From a virus (lineage: Duplodnaviria > Caudoviricetes): DNA of 25,761 bases. Numbering within the stretch: position 1 is the stretch's first letter; each line of letters begins with the position of its first letter. A program made the translations under genes and the position numbers. This document shows positions 7,796 through 16,117 of the stretch, piece by piece. The notes beneath the pieces were generated by a model that saw nothing but the letters and a program-made list of their open reading frames with translations, made no database searches and had not been told where the DNA came from. The stretch is from the IMG/VR virus record IMGVR_UViG_3300018073_000026, positions 1 through 25,761 of that record; one strand, given 5' to 3'.

Positions 7796-9121
7796 TCAGT
7801 ACACGTAGACGGTGCGCTGATCCTTGACCATCAAGTCCGTGAGCGCCCAGACCAGCGCGTCGAGTCGGTTCGGGCTCCTCCCGCTCTCGGGCGTCCAGGA
7901 CGTCAGCTCGTCCTCAAGCTCGGCGAGGACCTCGCCGTGCGAGACCTTGCCCTGCTCGTAGAGCTGCGCCACGGGAGCGGCGCGCACGGCCTTGCCCCTT
8001 GATGCGTGGACGGCCTTGTAAACGACCGTCACGCCCATGTCGCGAGCGGCGTTCTTCACGACGGCCTCGACCATGTCGCCGCCGTAATTCGACTCGCCGA
8101 CGATGGCATCGGCTCGGAAGTCCACGTACGCCTGCACGGCGCGGCGGCCCCAGCCGTCCGGCGAGAGCTTGCACGAGCGATCGGCCAGGACGTAGCCGCG
8201 TCCGTCCGGGCCGAGGCCGCACGCCACGATGCCCTGCTCGTCGTTCTCGGGGTCAGATCCCCCAGACGGGTCGACGGCGACGACGCAACGCGTGAGCGTG
8301 ACGGGCGCCGGCCGTCGGTCCTGGAGCATCTCCCACGTCCAGAGCGCGCCGAGAACCTCGTCGAGGATCAGCCCGCGCAGCTCCTGCTCGCCGAGCCTGG
8401 TCCCGCCGTAGCGCGACTGCAAGCGGGCGCGCACCAGCTCCGCGAGGTGCGGATTGTCGTGGGTCGTCGCTCGCGTCACGGCACAGGACGAGTCGGAGAG
8501 TAGCGCCTTGATGAGCCGCTTCGGCTTCGGCGTGGTCGCGGCCACGACGCGCGGGTGCGGGCCCAGCCGTAAGCCGAACTGCAAGTGATCCCAGCACGGA
8601 TCGAGGAAGCGCCAGGCCGCCAGTTCCTCGGCGTAGGCCAGGCAGCGGTTGCCGCCAGCGCGTAGCCGCTCGACGTCCTCGGGCGTTGACGCGCCAAAGA
8701 GCTTGGCCTCGGCGCCCGACGGCCAGCGGACGAACGTGCCGCCGGCGGTCTGGACGGCCCGCACGGCGGGGTTGTGCGCTCGGATGCCAGACGGGCCGTT
8801 CACGCACGCCTCCAGGGCGTCGCCGAACGTCGGTGCGATGATCGCGATCCGATGCCCGCCCGGTAGGCCCGGCAAGCACGCCGGACCGCGCACATGCTGG
8901 TCGGTGTAGTACGCCGCCGCCGCCGTCTTCCCAGCGCCACGCCCCGCCAGGAGCAGCCAGGTGTCCCAGTCGCCTGACGGCGGCTGCTGGTGCGGCAGTG
9001 GCGCCCACGGCTCGCCCTGAGCGCCCAGCGCCGTAGCTGCACGCTCGGCGACCTGCATGGCCTCCCACTCGGCGCCGGCGAGCGGCAGCGCGTCAAGCAC
9101 GGCCGACGAGTAGCGCGGCAT
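7796..9121 (-). CDS. terL: Terminase large subunit
   Basis: Walker A GRGAGKT, Walker B AYAEE, ATTP, nuclease VAVDP, SPNRLDALVWA; TGATG overlap gives start 9121. Confidence 0.96.
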   Translation of the reverse strand: MPRYSSAVLDALPLAGAEWEAMQVAERAATALGAQGEPWAPLPHQQPPSGDWDTWLLLAGRGAGKTAAAAYYTDQHVRGPACLPGLPGGHRIAIIAPTFGDALEACVNGPSGIRAHNPAVRAVQTAGGTFVRWPSGAEAKLFGASTPEDVERLRAGGNRCLAYAEELAAWRFLDPCWDHLQFGLRLGPHPRVVAATTPKPKRLIKALLSDSSCAVTRATTHDNPHLAELVRARLQSRYGGTRLGEQELRGLILDEVLGALWTWEMLQDRRPAPVTLTRCVVAVDPSGGSDPENDEQGIVACGLGPDGRGYVLADRSCKLSPDGWGRRAVQAYVDFRADAIVGESNYGGDMVEAVVKNAARDMGVTVVYKAVHASRGKAVRAAPVAQLYEQGKVSHGEVLAELEDELTSWTPESGRSPNRLDALVWALTDLMVKDQRTVYVY

Positions 9122-9312
9122 CAGTCGTCGTCCTCGTGGCAGGAGCACTCGCACTCGTCATCATCGGCGATAGACTGCGCGAAATACACCTCCTCGCCTT
9201 CGGCATACGCAGCACGGGCGCCGCGCAGGACGGGCGCGTAGCCGTAGTAGCGGAGATCCCAGCAGGCCCGAGCGTCGGCGTCATAGCAAGCGTGACCCGT
9301 CTCTGCCGTCAC
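9121..9312 (-). CDS. Small Cys-rich acidic protein between terminase subunits
   Basis: 63 aa, overlaps both neighbours; HAC...C...DDDECECSCHEDDD. Confidence 0.65.
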   Translation of the reverse strand: MTAETGHACYDADARACWDLRYYGYAPVLRGARAAYAEGEEVYFAQSIADDDECECSCHEDDD

Positions 9313-9728
9313 CGCTCGGCCCCCGTCTCGCCCGCGACGATCTCAGCGGCGCGCTTGACCAGCCAGTCCGGGTCGGCGCCCGTCTGCGCTGCCACGCGCT
9401 CGGCCGTGCGGCGTATCTCGATCTCCAAGCGGTCGACCTTGCCCCACTCCTGATGCCGCCGCCGCTCCAGCCACCAGGCCGACGCCTGCCACGAGCCGTC
9501 GCGGGACGCTTGCGCGATGTTCGCGACATGCGCCACCTCGGCCGACGCCTCCGCGCTTTTTACGGCGTCCGCGAAATCCGCGAAACGCCGCATCCACGAG
9601 CCGAGCGCGTCGTCCGAGATCCCGCCGTACGCCGCCGCCGCCTTGCGCGAGTTGCCGGCAGCTAGGGCGTCCGTGATCCGCTTCACGCGCTCCGGCGTGT
9701 ACTTCGACGGGCGGCCTCGCGGGGCCAT
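9309..9728 (-). CDS. terS: Terminase small subunit (HTH type)
   Basis: GRPSKYTPE, HTH, FADAVKSAE, WQASAWWLERR; upstream of terL. Confidence 0.8.
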   Translation of the reverse strand: MAPRGRPSKYTPERVKRITDALAAGNSRKAAAAYGGISDDALGSWMRRFADFADAVKSAEASAEVAHVANIAQASRDGSWQASAWWLERRRHQEWGKVDRLEIEIRRTAERVAAQTGADPDWLVKRAAEIVAGETGAER

Positions 9729-9766
9729 CAGCTCGGCTCCAGTCGAACGGCGGCGCCCAGAAGCCG

Positions 9767-9814
9767 TACACTCCGAGCGCGAGATGACCCGGCGCGGTGC
9801 CAGCCGCCCGGGTC
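9767..9814 (+). promoter_or_regulatory. -10 plus leader hairpin cassette (copy B)
   Basis: TACACT 9767-9772; hairpin GACCCGG-C-GCGG-TGCCAG-CCGC-CCGGGTC 9786-9814. Confidence 0.5.
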
Positions 9815-9844
9815 GCGAGACACCGAAGCCCCGAGGAGGCTACG

Positions 9845-10054
9845 ATGCCCGACCCGATGTATACCCGCCGACGGCGCGGCAGCGCCCGCTTCGACCCGTA
9901 CTACAAGGTCCAGTGGTTCGATGAGACGAGCCTGGCCTGGCGCGATCAGCAGGAGAGCCACGCCAGCGTCGCCGCCGCGCAGGCCGCATTCATCCCCGGC
10001 CGCCGCTGCCGGGTAATGGCAGTCACCGAGCGCGGGCGCATGCCGCTCGCGTAG
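9845..10054 (+). CDS. Counter-oriented 69-aa hypothetical protein (moron)
   Basis: GAGGAGG RBS; fills the gap; stop abuts the convergent gene stop at 10056. Confidence 0.75.
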   Translation: MPDPMYTRRRRGSARFDPYYKVQWFDETSLAWRDQQESHASVAAAQAAFIPGRRCRVMAVTERGRMPLA

Positions 10055-10055
10055 C

Positions 10056-10742
10056 CTAGCCCGCAACATTCCAGAACACCGCCCCCGGGGAGGCCTGGCG
10101 CCTGATGAAGCGCCAGGCCTTCGCGTCGTAATTCGCGCAGGATGGAAACGGCGGCGCCTCCCGGGCGTCGCGCTCGAACGCCTCGGGTGCCCGAAACAGC
10201 GAGGCGCCGCCGATGCTGGGCGGGCGCCCGACCTGCACCGCGTAGTGCCGCGCCGACGGCCAGGCCGCCTGCAACGCCCGGCTGAGTAGGCCGGAGCCCG
10301 CGACGCACCAGACCTCGGATGGCTGGTACGGAATCCCGCGCGCAACACCGGCCAGCGCCGCCAGCGCCTCGGGGATGTCCAGCCCGAACGGCAGCAGCGC
10401 GGCGCCCGTGGCATCGCAGTAGGCCCGCGCCCGCGACTGCACGACCGACAGGTAGCCGTGCGGCACCTGGACGACATGAGCGCCGGCGGCCATCGCCTCG
10501 GCCGTCCGCGCGTGCGGCACGGCGCGCCGGGCGACGAAGACCGTAGCGCGCCGCCCGGTCGCCGCCGCCGAGTGGGCGAGCGCGACCTGCGCGTAGCCCT
10601 GCGCCGGCGAGGCGTACACCAGTTCGGCCGCCTCGGGATACAGGCCGTCGAGGATGCGGCGCTTCGTGCCGCCGGGGAGCAGGTCGTCGCGAACGACGAC
10701 CATGTCGGCGATGCGCTCCAGAACCGGCTCAGGCAGGCTCAC
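10056..10742 (-). CDS. PLP-dependent enzyme, fold type II (ACC deaminase/D-Cys desulfhydrase/TrpB-like)
   Basis: VRDDLLPGGTKRR (PLP Lys), GYAQVALA, VAGSG phosphate loop, YDAKAW, FWN; GTG 10742 with GGGGAGG RBS. Confidence 0.8.
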   Translation of the reverse strand: MSLPEPVLERIADMVVVRDDLLPGGTKRRILDGLYPEAAELVYASPAQGYAQVALAHSAAATGRRATVFVARRAVPHARTAEAMAAGAHVVQVPHGYLSVVQSRARAYCDATGAALLPFGLDIPEALAALAGVARGIPYQPSEVWCVAGSGLLSRALQAAWPSARHYAVQVGRPPSIGGASLFRAPEAFERDAREAPPFPSCANYDAKAWRFIRRQASPGAVFWNVAG

Positions 10743-12378
10743 CGAACGCCTCCCCCGGATCGTAGACCTCGACGACGCCGCAGGCATCGGCCGCCCGCTT
10801 AGGGTCACCCTTCACGAAGACGAGCACGTTCTGATGCGTCTTGCCCAGCTTGCGCCCTGATACGAACTGCTTGCCGACGCGGATCGGCAGCGAGCCGACG
10901 GCCGTCACCAGGATCGCCTCGTTGTAGAGCGCGGCGCCGGCATCGGCGAACGCCGCGATGGTATCGGGCACCAGGCCGCGATAGAGGCCGCGCGGATCGC
11001 GCACGTCGCCGACGACGAAGCAGGCGAAGCGGTCGGGGCTGAGCATGGCGACGGATGCCGCGACGATGGCGCGGTAGGCGGCGAGGAACGCGGGATAGTC
11101 CATCGTGCTGATGTCGCGGGGGTCGTCGCTGTACCGCTCCAGGTCCGCGTACGGCGGGCAGGAGAACAGCAGGTCATAGGCCCCGGGCGCCAGCGCGATG
11201 ACGTCGGCGCTATCGCCCTCGATCCAGCGCGGGCGGGAATCGGGCACGATGCGCTCGGCCTGCGCCTCGTTCGCCGCAAGCTGCGCCGCGCTCAGGTCGA
11301 CCCCGGTGTAGGCCCGGCCGAGACGGGAGGCGACGATGCCGCGCACAGAGCCGCCGGCGAACGGGTCGAGGACGGCGCCGCCGGGCGGGCAGAACCACGA
11401 GTAGGCCAGCTCGCAAAGCACGGGGTCGAAGATGCTCGTGCCCGACTGGTTGCCGGCCGCGCCCGAGAGACCGTGCTCGACGACCCACTCCTGGGTGGTG
11501 ACGGCGCGGGTCTCTCGGGCGCGGCCCTGCGGCGGACGGTACGCAAGCGTACCGTCCGCGTTCTGCGTCACGGTCGGGCCGTGCGATGGCAGCGCGCGGT
11601 AGTCGCCCACGACATGCTCGCCCCGCATCAGGTCTTGCCCGTTGCTTCGGGCAAGACCTGATGCGGGGCGCCCCCGGCCATCCCCGCGCACCGTGTGGCC
11701 GTCAGGCCCGAGGCTCGCGGCGTCCCGCCGCGAGCCTCCCGGCTCGGCGTAGTGCGTCCTGGCCTGCTCGGATTCTCCGAGCAGGCCATCGACGGGCGGG
11801 ATATCGCCGCGCCCAAGCTCTGACTCGATGCCCAGCGCCAGCCATGCCCTCTTGCGCTCCTGCCAGTAACCCTGCCGCGCGTCGAGCACCGAGAACGGCG
11901 GGACCAGGAATCGGTCGCTCAGGCTCGGCGTCGGCTCCCCCGTCGGCGACGGCAGCGACACCTGCACGAGCCCCGCCAGCATCTCCCCGAGCGCATCGCC
12001 GCGCTCGGCCAGGTCGCCGAGCAAGCTGCTGAGCGCGTCGCGGTTCGTCTCGGCGAGCGCCCCGAGCGGGTCGAGCGTCGCCAGAATCAGCCGCTCCTCG
12101 TCGTCGTCGAGGTCGACCCAGAGCGCCGGCACGGACGCCTCGCCGTGCTGCTCGGCCAGCGCGACGCGGAGGTGCCCGTCGACGAGCCGTCCGCTGCGCT
12201 GGTTGATGATGACCTGCTGGACGACGCCGACGTCAGCGAGCACGGCGCCGAGCGCGTCGGCCTGGAGCTTCGGGTGCTGCCGCCAGTTCGCCGGGTTCGG
12301 CGTGATCTCCGAGAGCGCAGCGTCGCCGCTCCGCACGATGCGGTTGCGCCAGGCTGGAGGGGCGCCCGTCGTCGCCAT
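10729..12378 (-). CDS. ParB-like domain fused to amino (N4-C/N6-A) DNA methyltransferase
   Basis: PNPANWRQH and LVDGHLRV (ParB-like); VLDPFAGGS (SAM motif I) before FSCPPY (motif IV); AGGAG RBS before ATG 12378. Confidence 0.88.
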   Translation of the reverse strand: MATTGAPPAWRNRIVRSGDAALSEITPNPANWRQHPKLQADALGAVLADVGVVQQVIINQRSGRLVDGHLRVALAEQHGEASVPALWVDLDDDEERLILATLDPLGALAETNRDALSSLLGDLAERGDALGEMLAGLVQVSLPSPTGEPTPSLSDRFLVPPFSVLDARQGYWQERKRAWLALGIESELGRGDIPPVDGLLGESEQARTHYAEPGGSRRDAASLGPDGHTVRGDGRGRPASGLARSNGQDLMRGEHVVGDYRALPSHGPTVTQNADGTLAYRPPQGRARETRAVTTQEWVVEHGLSGAAGNQSGTSIFDPVLCELAYSWFCPPGGAVLDPFAGGSVRGIVASRLGRAYTGVDLSAAQLAANEAQAERIVPDSRPRWIEGDSADVIALAPGAYDLLFSCPPYADLERYSDDPRDISTMDYPAFLAAYRAIVAASVAMLSPDRFACFVVGDVRDPRGLYRGLVPDTIAAFADAGAALYNEAILVTAVGSLPIRVGKQFVSGRKLGKTHQNVLVFVKGDPKRAADACGVVEVYDPGEAFGEPA

Positions 12379-12386
12379 AGTGGCTC

Positions 12387-12785
12387 CTATCGTAACACGC
12401 TTGCAATGGGACCACTTTCGGCCGCGTGGAGCGGTCGGTAGTCGCCGTCGAGCACGGCCAGGCAGAGCCCGATGAGCAGCTCGGTGCGGGCGTCGTCGGT
12501 GTCGGGCCAGGGCCAGTAGCCGGCCGAGACCAGCAGCAGCGCGCGCTCCCCCTCGGAGCAGCCGAGCGCACGGCAGAGCTTCTCGACCACGCCCCTGGAC
12601 GGGTGCCGTCGGCCGTGCTCCAGCAAGTGCACGTTGGCGGGGTCGAGCCCTGCCATCCGCGAGAGCGTCGATTGCGGCAGGCTGGTCTCGGCGACGGCGC
12701 CAGGCCAGCCGCCGCCGCGTGGGTGCGGCGCCATCAGCGTCGACTCGCGCAGCCGCCGGAGCACGGCGCCGAAGCCCTCGGCCAT
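12387..12785 (-). CDS. XRE-family HTH regulator
   Basis: FGAVLRRLRE...QSTLSRMAGLDPANVHLLEHGRRHPSRGVVEKLCRALG; TGATG overlap. Confidence 0.85.
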   Translation of the reverse strand: MAEGFGAVLRRLRESTLMAPHPRGGGWPGAVAETSLPQSTLSRMAGLDPANVHLLEHGRRHPSRGVVEKLCRALGCSEGERALLLVSAGYWPWPDTDDARTELLIGLCLAVLDGDYRPLHAAESGPIASVLR

Positions 12786-13006
12786 CAGCCGTCGTCCACG
12801 CCCGAGAGCCTGAGCGCGAGCCACGCCAGCTCGGCCGGCAGCTCATCGCAGTCGTCAGCCAGCGCGGCCGAGCACCGCCGCCGTGTCGCCCAGCCGTTCT
12901 CGATGGCGGGCCAGCGCAGCCAGGTCGCCTCATCGTCCTCGTCGGCGAACTGCGCGATGTAGTGCAGGCCGTCCGGGTCGAGAAAGATCGCGTCAGGCTT
13001 GATCAT
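12785..13006 (-). CDS. Hypothetical protein
   Basis: 73 aa, overlaps both neighbours. Confidence 0.65.
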   Translation of the reverse strand: MIKPDAIFLDPDGLHYIAQFADEDDEATWLRWPAIENGWATRRRCSAALADDCDELPAELAWLALRLSGVDDG

Positions 13007-13316
13007 CGGGCCGCCCCTTCAGGATGCGCTCGACGAGCTTCCACTCAGACGGTCGCCAGACGTAGACCTCCAGGCCGCACTCGCGCAGCGCCACGAGCCA
13101 GGCCAGCTGGTCAGTGGTCAGCCTGGTCCGATCGGACTTGAGCTCCGCGAAGATGCAGCGCGGACGGCGCACGAGCACGAGGTCCGGGAACCCAGCCGCC
13201 GAGTGCTTGCTATTCCAGGTGTGGTAGACGCGGTAGCCCAGCAGCTCGGCCAGCTTGATGACCTGCGCTTGCCAGGAGCGCTCGGTCTGCCGTGGCAGCG
13301 CATCCAGGAACGTCAT
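12993..13316 (-). CDS. VRR-NUC domain nuclease (PD-(D/E)xK)
   Basis: ERSWQAQV, GFPDLVLV, FAELK, DQLAWL, VWRP. Confidence 0.9.
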   Translation of the reverse strand: MTFLDALPRQTERSWQAQVIKLAELLGYRVYHTWNSKHSAAGFPDLVLVRRPRCIFAELKSDRTRLTTDQLAWLVALRECGLEVYVWRPSEWKLVERILKGRPDDQA

Positions 13317-13349
13317 GGATTCGACTCCCGATGGTCGCTCACCACTAGC

Positions 13350-13733
13350 TCACTCCTCCGTCGGCTCTGCGCTCGGCAGCGGGTCCCCATGAAGGTCTCG
13401 TCGAGCGGAGCTCGGACCTTCATGGGATCCCAGCGGCGGCCACGCCGTAGCTCTGTCCCTGGCCGGCGTGCGGTCCTTGCCCTCGATCAGGAGACGGTCG
13501 CCCTGGTAGGAGACCTTGACGTTCATCGGGAGCCGTCCCTCGCGGATGGCCTGCTCCTCGTCCTGCTGGACCTCGCGCGACCTGGCCGAGTGGCCTCGGA
13601 TGTAGCCGCGCCGGTAGACCTGCCAGAGCATCGCGTCGAGCGGCATCTGCAACAGCTTGCCCACGCCCTCATGCCGCATGCGCAGCAGCTCGTCCTCGAA
13701 CGCGGTTTCGATGCGCTCGTCTTGAATGCTCAC
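13350..13733 (-). CDS. Hypothetical protein
   Basis: GTGA overlap at 13730-13733 with GGAGG RBS; 127 aa. Confidence 0.6.
   Translation of the reverse strand: MSIQDERIETAFEDELLRMRHEGVGKLLQMPLDAMLWQVYRRGYIRGHSARSREVQQDEEQAIREGRLPMNVKVSYQGDRLLIEGKDRTPARDRATAWPPLGSHEGPSSARRDLHGDPLPSAEPTEE
13381..13431. repeat. Long inverted repeat/hairpin
   Basis: CCCATGAAGGTC (13386-13397)/GACCTTCATGGG (13415-13426) perfect 12 bp, plus inner CGAGC-GGA-GCTCG. Confidence 0.8.
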
Positions 13734-14080
13734 GTCGCCGGCCTCCGAAAGCAGACCCTCCTGATACTCGTCAATGCGTAGGCTTCTTGTCTGCTCCAGG
13801 TGGCGATATCTAGCCACGGCATCGGCTCGCCAGAGCCAAGCATGCCGCGATCAGCAATACGGTACACCCCCAGTCCTGGAATCTCCGCCAGGCTGCCGAG
13901 CGCCACGTCCCAGGAGGCCGCGGCGATGTTTTCGCTCGTGACAATGCTGGTCCCGTCATAGGTCGTCGCCCCTGGCCCGTAGTCAGTGCGGACGTAGGCT
14001 GTCAAGCGGGTCGGACCGCACCACGGCACCTCGGCCGGGCTGAGCAGCGCCAGAACGCCAGCGAGCAGCAGCGCCGTCAT
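13730..14080 (-). CDS. Secreted 3D-domain (MltA-like) cell-wall protein
   Basis: Signal peptide; LTAY, TYDG, IAAAS, LGS..EIPGLG, ADRG, WLDI. Confidence 0.75.
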   Translation of the reverse strand: MTALLLAGVLALLSPAEVPWCGPTRLTAYVRTDYGPGATTYDGTSIVTSENIAAASWDVALGSLAEIPGLGVYRIADRGMLGSGEPMPWLDIATWSRQEAYALTSIRRVCFRRPAT

Positions 14081-14301
14081 GATGGCTCGCCGTCCAGGAT
14101 GTCCTCGGCGTCATCACACAGCTCGGGGTCGTTGTGTTCGCGGAGCTCGCAGTCCGCGCAGGTCGTCATGTGCTCGAGCAGGCGCACGGTCGGCCCGGTG
14201 AGCGTACGACCAGACACGCCGGCATCCGCCCGCAGCTCGGCCAGCCAGCGCGTCGCTCGTCGCATGCTGGCCGTCTCTCGGCTCACGTCTCGCAGATTCA
14301 C
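14077..14301 (-). CDS. Hypothetical protein
   Basis: 74 aa, 4-nt overlaps; HMTTCADC...LC. Confidence 0.65.
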   Translation of the reverse strand: MNLRDVSRETASMRRATRWLAELRADAGVSGRTLTGPTVRLLEHMTTCADCELREHNDPELCDDAEDILDGEPS

Positions 14302-14534
14302 GAGTCCTCCTCCAGCGCCTGCTCACGCTCGGCGATCAGCGCGGCCGACGTGACGCGCAGCCGTCGGCCGAGCACGACGACCAGGGACCCGTCGGCGAAC
14401 CGCACGAGCTGGTTGCGCGGTCGGTTGCCACGGATCACGGTCACCCGCTCGCCGTTCGATCGCAGCACGGGGTCACACGGCTGACCAACCCAGCGCGGAT
14501 CGGTGAGCGTATCTCCCAGGTAGACGTATCTCAC
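14298..14534 (-). CDS. Hypothetical protein
   Basis: 78 aa, 4-nt overlaps at both ends. Confidence 0.7.
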   Translation of the reverse strand: MRYVYLGDTLTDPRWVGQPCDPVLRSNGERVTVIRGNRPRNQLVRFADGSLVVVLGRRLRVTSAALIAEREQALEEDS

Positions 14535-14743
14535 GGCTCCTCCAGCGCGTGCTCAAGCTCCGCGATCAGCGCCCGCTGAGAGGTGCACCGCTCGGACTCG
14601 CTGCTCCATGAGCAGTAGCCCAGGTGCTCGTGCGTGACCCGCTGCGCCAGGTGCCCGGCCGGCGTCAGCGATGAGCGCAAGGCTGCGAGCGCACGCTCGG
14701 CCAGGGCGAGAGGCAGCCTGACCTCAGTCGTCGTCGTCAGCAT
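14531..14743 (-). CDS. Hypothetical protein
   Basis: C-terminal 70 aa of the track ORF (MLTTTTEV...); start uncertain. Confidence 0.55.
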   Translation of the reverse strand: MLTTTTEVRLPLALAERALAALRSSLTPAGHLAQRVTHEHLGYCSWSSESERCTSQRALIAELEHALEEP

Positions 14744-15236
14744 CGTCGTCGTCGTAGCCCAGATCGGACGGCGCCCAGTGGAACTCGATGCGCTCGACCT
14801 GCCCGAACGTGGCGTGATTGCCCCACTTGTCGATCCGCTCGTCGATCTGACGGATCTTCTCGTCATAGGTCGCTCGCGTGTGGCTGAACGCCGCCACCTC
14901 CACTGCGCGCCATTCGATGGCCTGCTCGCGGCTCGCATGGTCGAGCCACGCATGGCGCCCCTTGCCGAGCGGGATCAGATAGTGCGGCTGGAAGAGCGCG
15001 AGTTGGCCCCCGACCATCTTCGGCCGGTGCCGCTTGAGGTAGGCGTTCTTCGCCTGACGAGCGACGTTGACCAGGTGCGTCTTCGTCACCCGCGCGCGGT
15101 CGTCGCCGAGCCATTCCTCCAGTGCGTCGACGACGTCCTGGTCGCGGACGACATTCGCGGCGCGGTCGGTCTGCTCGCGGTAGACCCGATCGACGGCGGC
15201 TTCAAGCGTCTCCGCGCCGTGCAGCAGCATGACCAT
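14724..15236 (-). CDS. Hypothetical protein with acidic tail
   Basis: GGGAGG RBS, ATG 15236; internal QLALF; ends DDDDADDD. Confidence 0.7.
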   Translation of the reverse strand: MVMLLHGAETLEAAVDRVYREQTDRAANVVRDQDVVDALEEWLGDDRARVTKTHLVNVARQAKNAYLKRHRPKMVGGQLALFQPHYLIPLGKGRHAWLDHASREQAIEWRAVEVAAFSHTRATYDEKIRQIDERIDKWGNHATFGQVERIEFHWAPSDLGYDDDDADDDD

Positions 15237-16110
15237 GAGCGGTGTCCTCCCGTGTTTCGAGTCGACGAGCGATCGCAGCAGCCGTCTCCGCGCAGCGAGC
15301 GAACCGAGCCGCCGTGAAGATGGGTCGCGTAGGCAGCGCCGATGAATCGAGCGTGGCGACGACCCGCTCCGCGAGGTCGTCGGACGTGGCCCTGACGCCG
15401 GGGTCGAAGAAGTCGCACGCGATCGCGGCGACCCGCGCCATCGACTCACGGGCATCGCGTTCGCGCTGTTCGCGCTGCACCAGCATCAGCTTCGCGTCGG
15501 CGACGGTGAGCGTCTGCGGCACCAGGTCGGCGATGTCGGGCGCGATCCGACGAATCCGCTCGATCTCGATAAGGTCTTCCCGGACCTGTCGCTCTTTGCG
15601 CTCGCGCTCGCCGTCCTGTTCACGTTTTCTGGCAACAGCGACGGTGTACGCGCCGTCGAACGACTCGGTATTGGCCAGCACTCCGGGCGCAAGATCAGCA
15701 GCGTATCGCCGGATAGTGACGGCTTTGCTGACGTCACCTTTGCTAAGTTTGGAATCCAAACTTAATCTGTTCGCCTGCCCGTCCCGCCTGCCCTCCTCCG
15801 TCTCGATCATGAGCGCGATCGCCATTGCCTGCTGGCCCTTGCTCATGTGGCGCCGTCGGACATTCTGGCTCAGGATGTAGCCGACAATATCCGTCTCGGG
15901 CGGCAGCGTGATGTACTGCTTCTCGACACCGGCCATGTCGCACGCGGCATCCCGATTGATACCGTCGACGATCCGCCCGTCGGTGTCGAGGACGATTGGA
16001 TGAATGAGCCCGTTCGCCTTGATGTCCTCGGCGAGCTCGCGGAGCTCATCATCCGGAAGTCTCGGGAACACGGCCGCCGCCGGATGTACGTCGCGCTCGG
16101 TGTCGCTCAT
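15202..16110 (-). CDS. ParB/Srx N-terminal domain protein
   Basis: HPAAAVFP, LAEDIKANGLIHPI, IVDGINR, SQNVRRRH; GAGGAG RBS. Confidence 0.85.
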   Translation of the reverse strand: MSDTERDVHPAAAVFPRLPDDELRELAEDIKANGLIHPIVLDTDGRIVDGINRDAACDMAGVEKQYITLPPETDIVGYILSQNVRRRHMSKGQQAMAIALMIETEEGRRDGQANRLSLDSKLSKGDVSKAVTIRRYAADLAPGVLANTESFDGAYTVAVARKREQDGERERKERQVREDLIEIERIRRIAPDIADLVPQTLTVADAKLMLVQREQRERDARESMARVAAIACDFFDPGVRATSDDLAERVVATLDSSALPTRPIFTAARFARCAETAAAIARRLETREDTAHGHAAARRGDA

Positions 16111-16117
16111 CGTCTCC

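Noticed and set aside
6489-7808. 439-aa plus-strand ORF
   Set aside because: Antisense shadow of the portal gene; typical of high-GC codon bias; no motifs
7796-7880. TerL inactivation because of PNRLDAL instead of PDRLDAL
   Set aside because: Other nuclease acidic residues (VAVDP, GESN, LDAL) are intact; a single substitution is not enough to call a pseudogene
9728-10477. 249-aa minus-strand ORF ending at the terS start
   Set aside because: Overlaps the PLP gene out of frame and the plus-strand moron; low-complexity translation, though a short real 3' portion cannot be excluded
12379-12933. N-terminal 185-aa extension of the ParB-MTase ORF
   Set aside because: Overlaps two better genes in other frames; the true start with AGGAG is 12378. 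The same trimming was applied to terL, GT4, the RecT-like gene and the integrase
13313-13344. tRNA 3'-half-like sequence (TTCGACTCCC...CACCA)
   Set aside because: T-stem does not pair properly, spacing to CCA is off and there is no 5' half; better explained as the minus-strand RBS and motif of VRR-NUC
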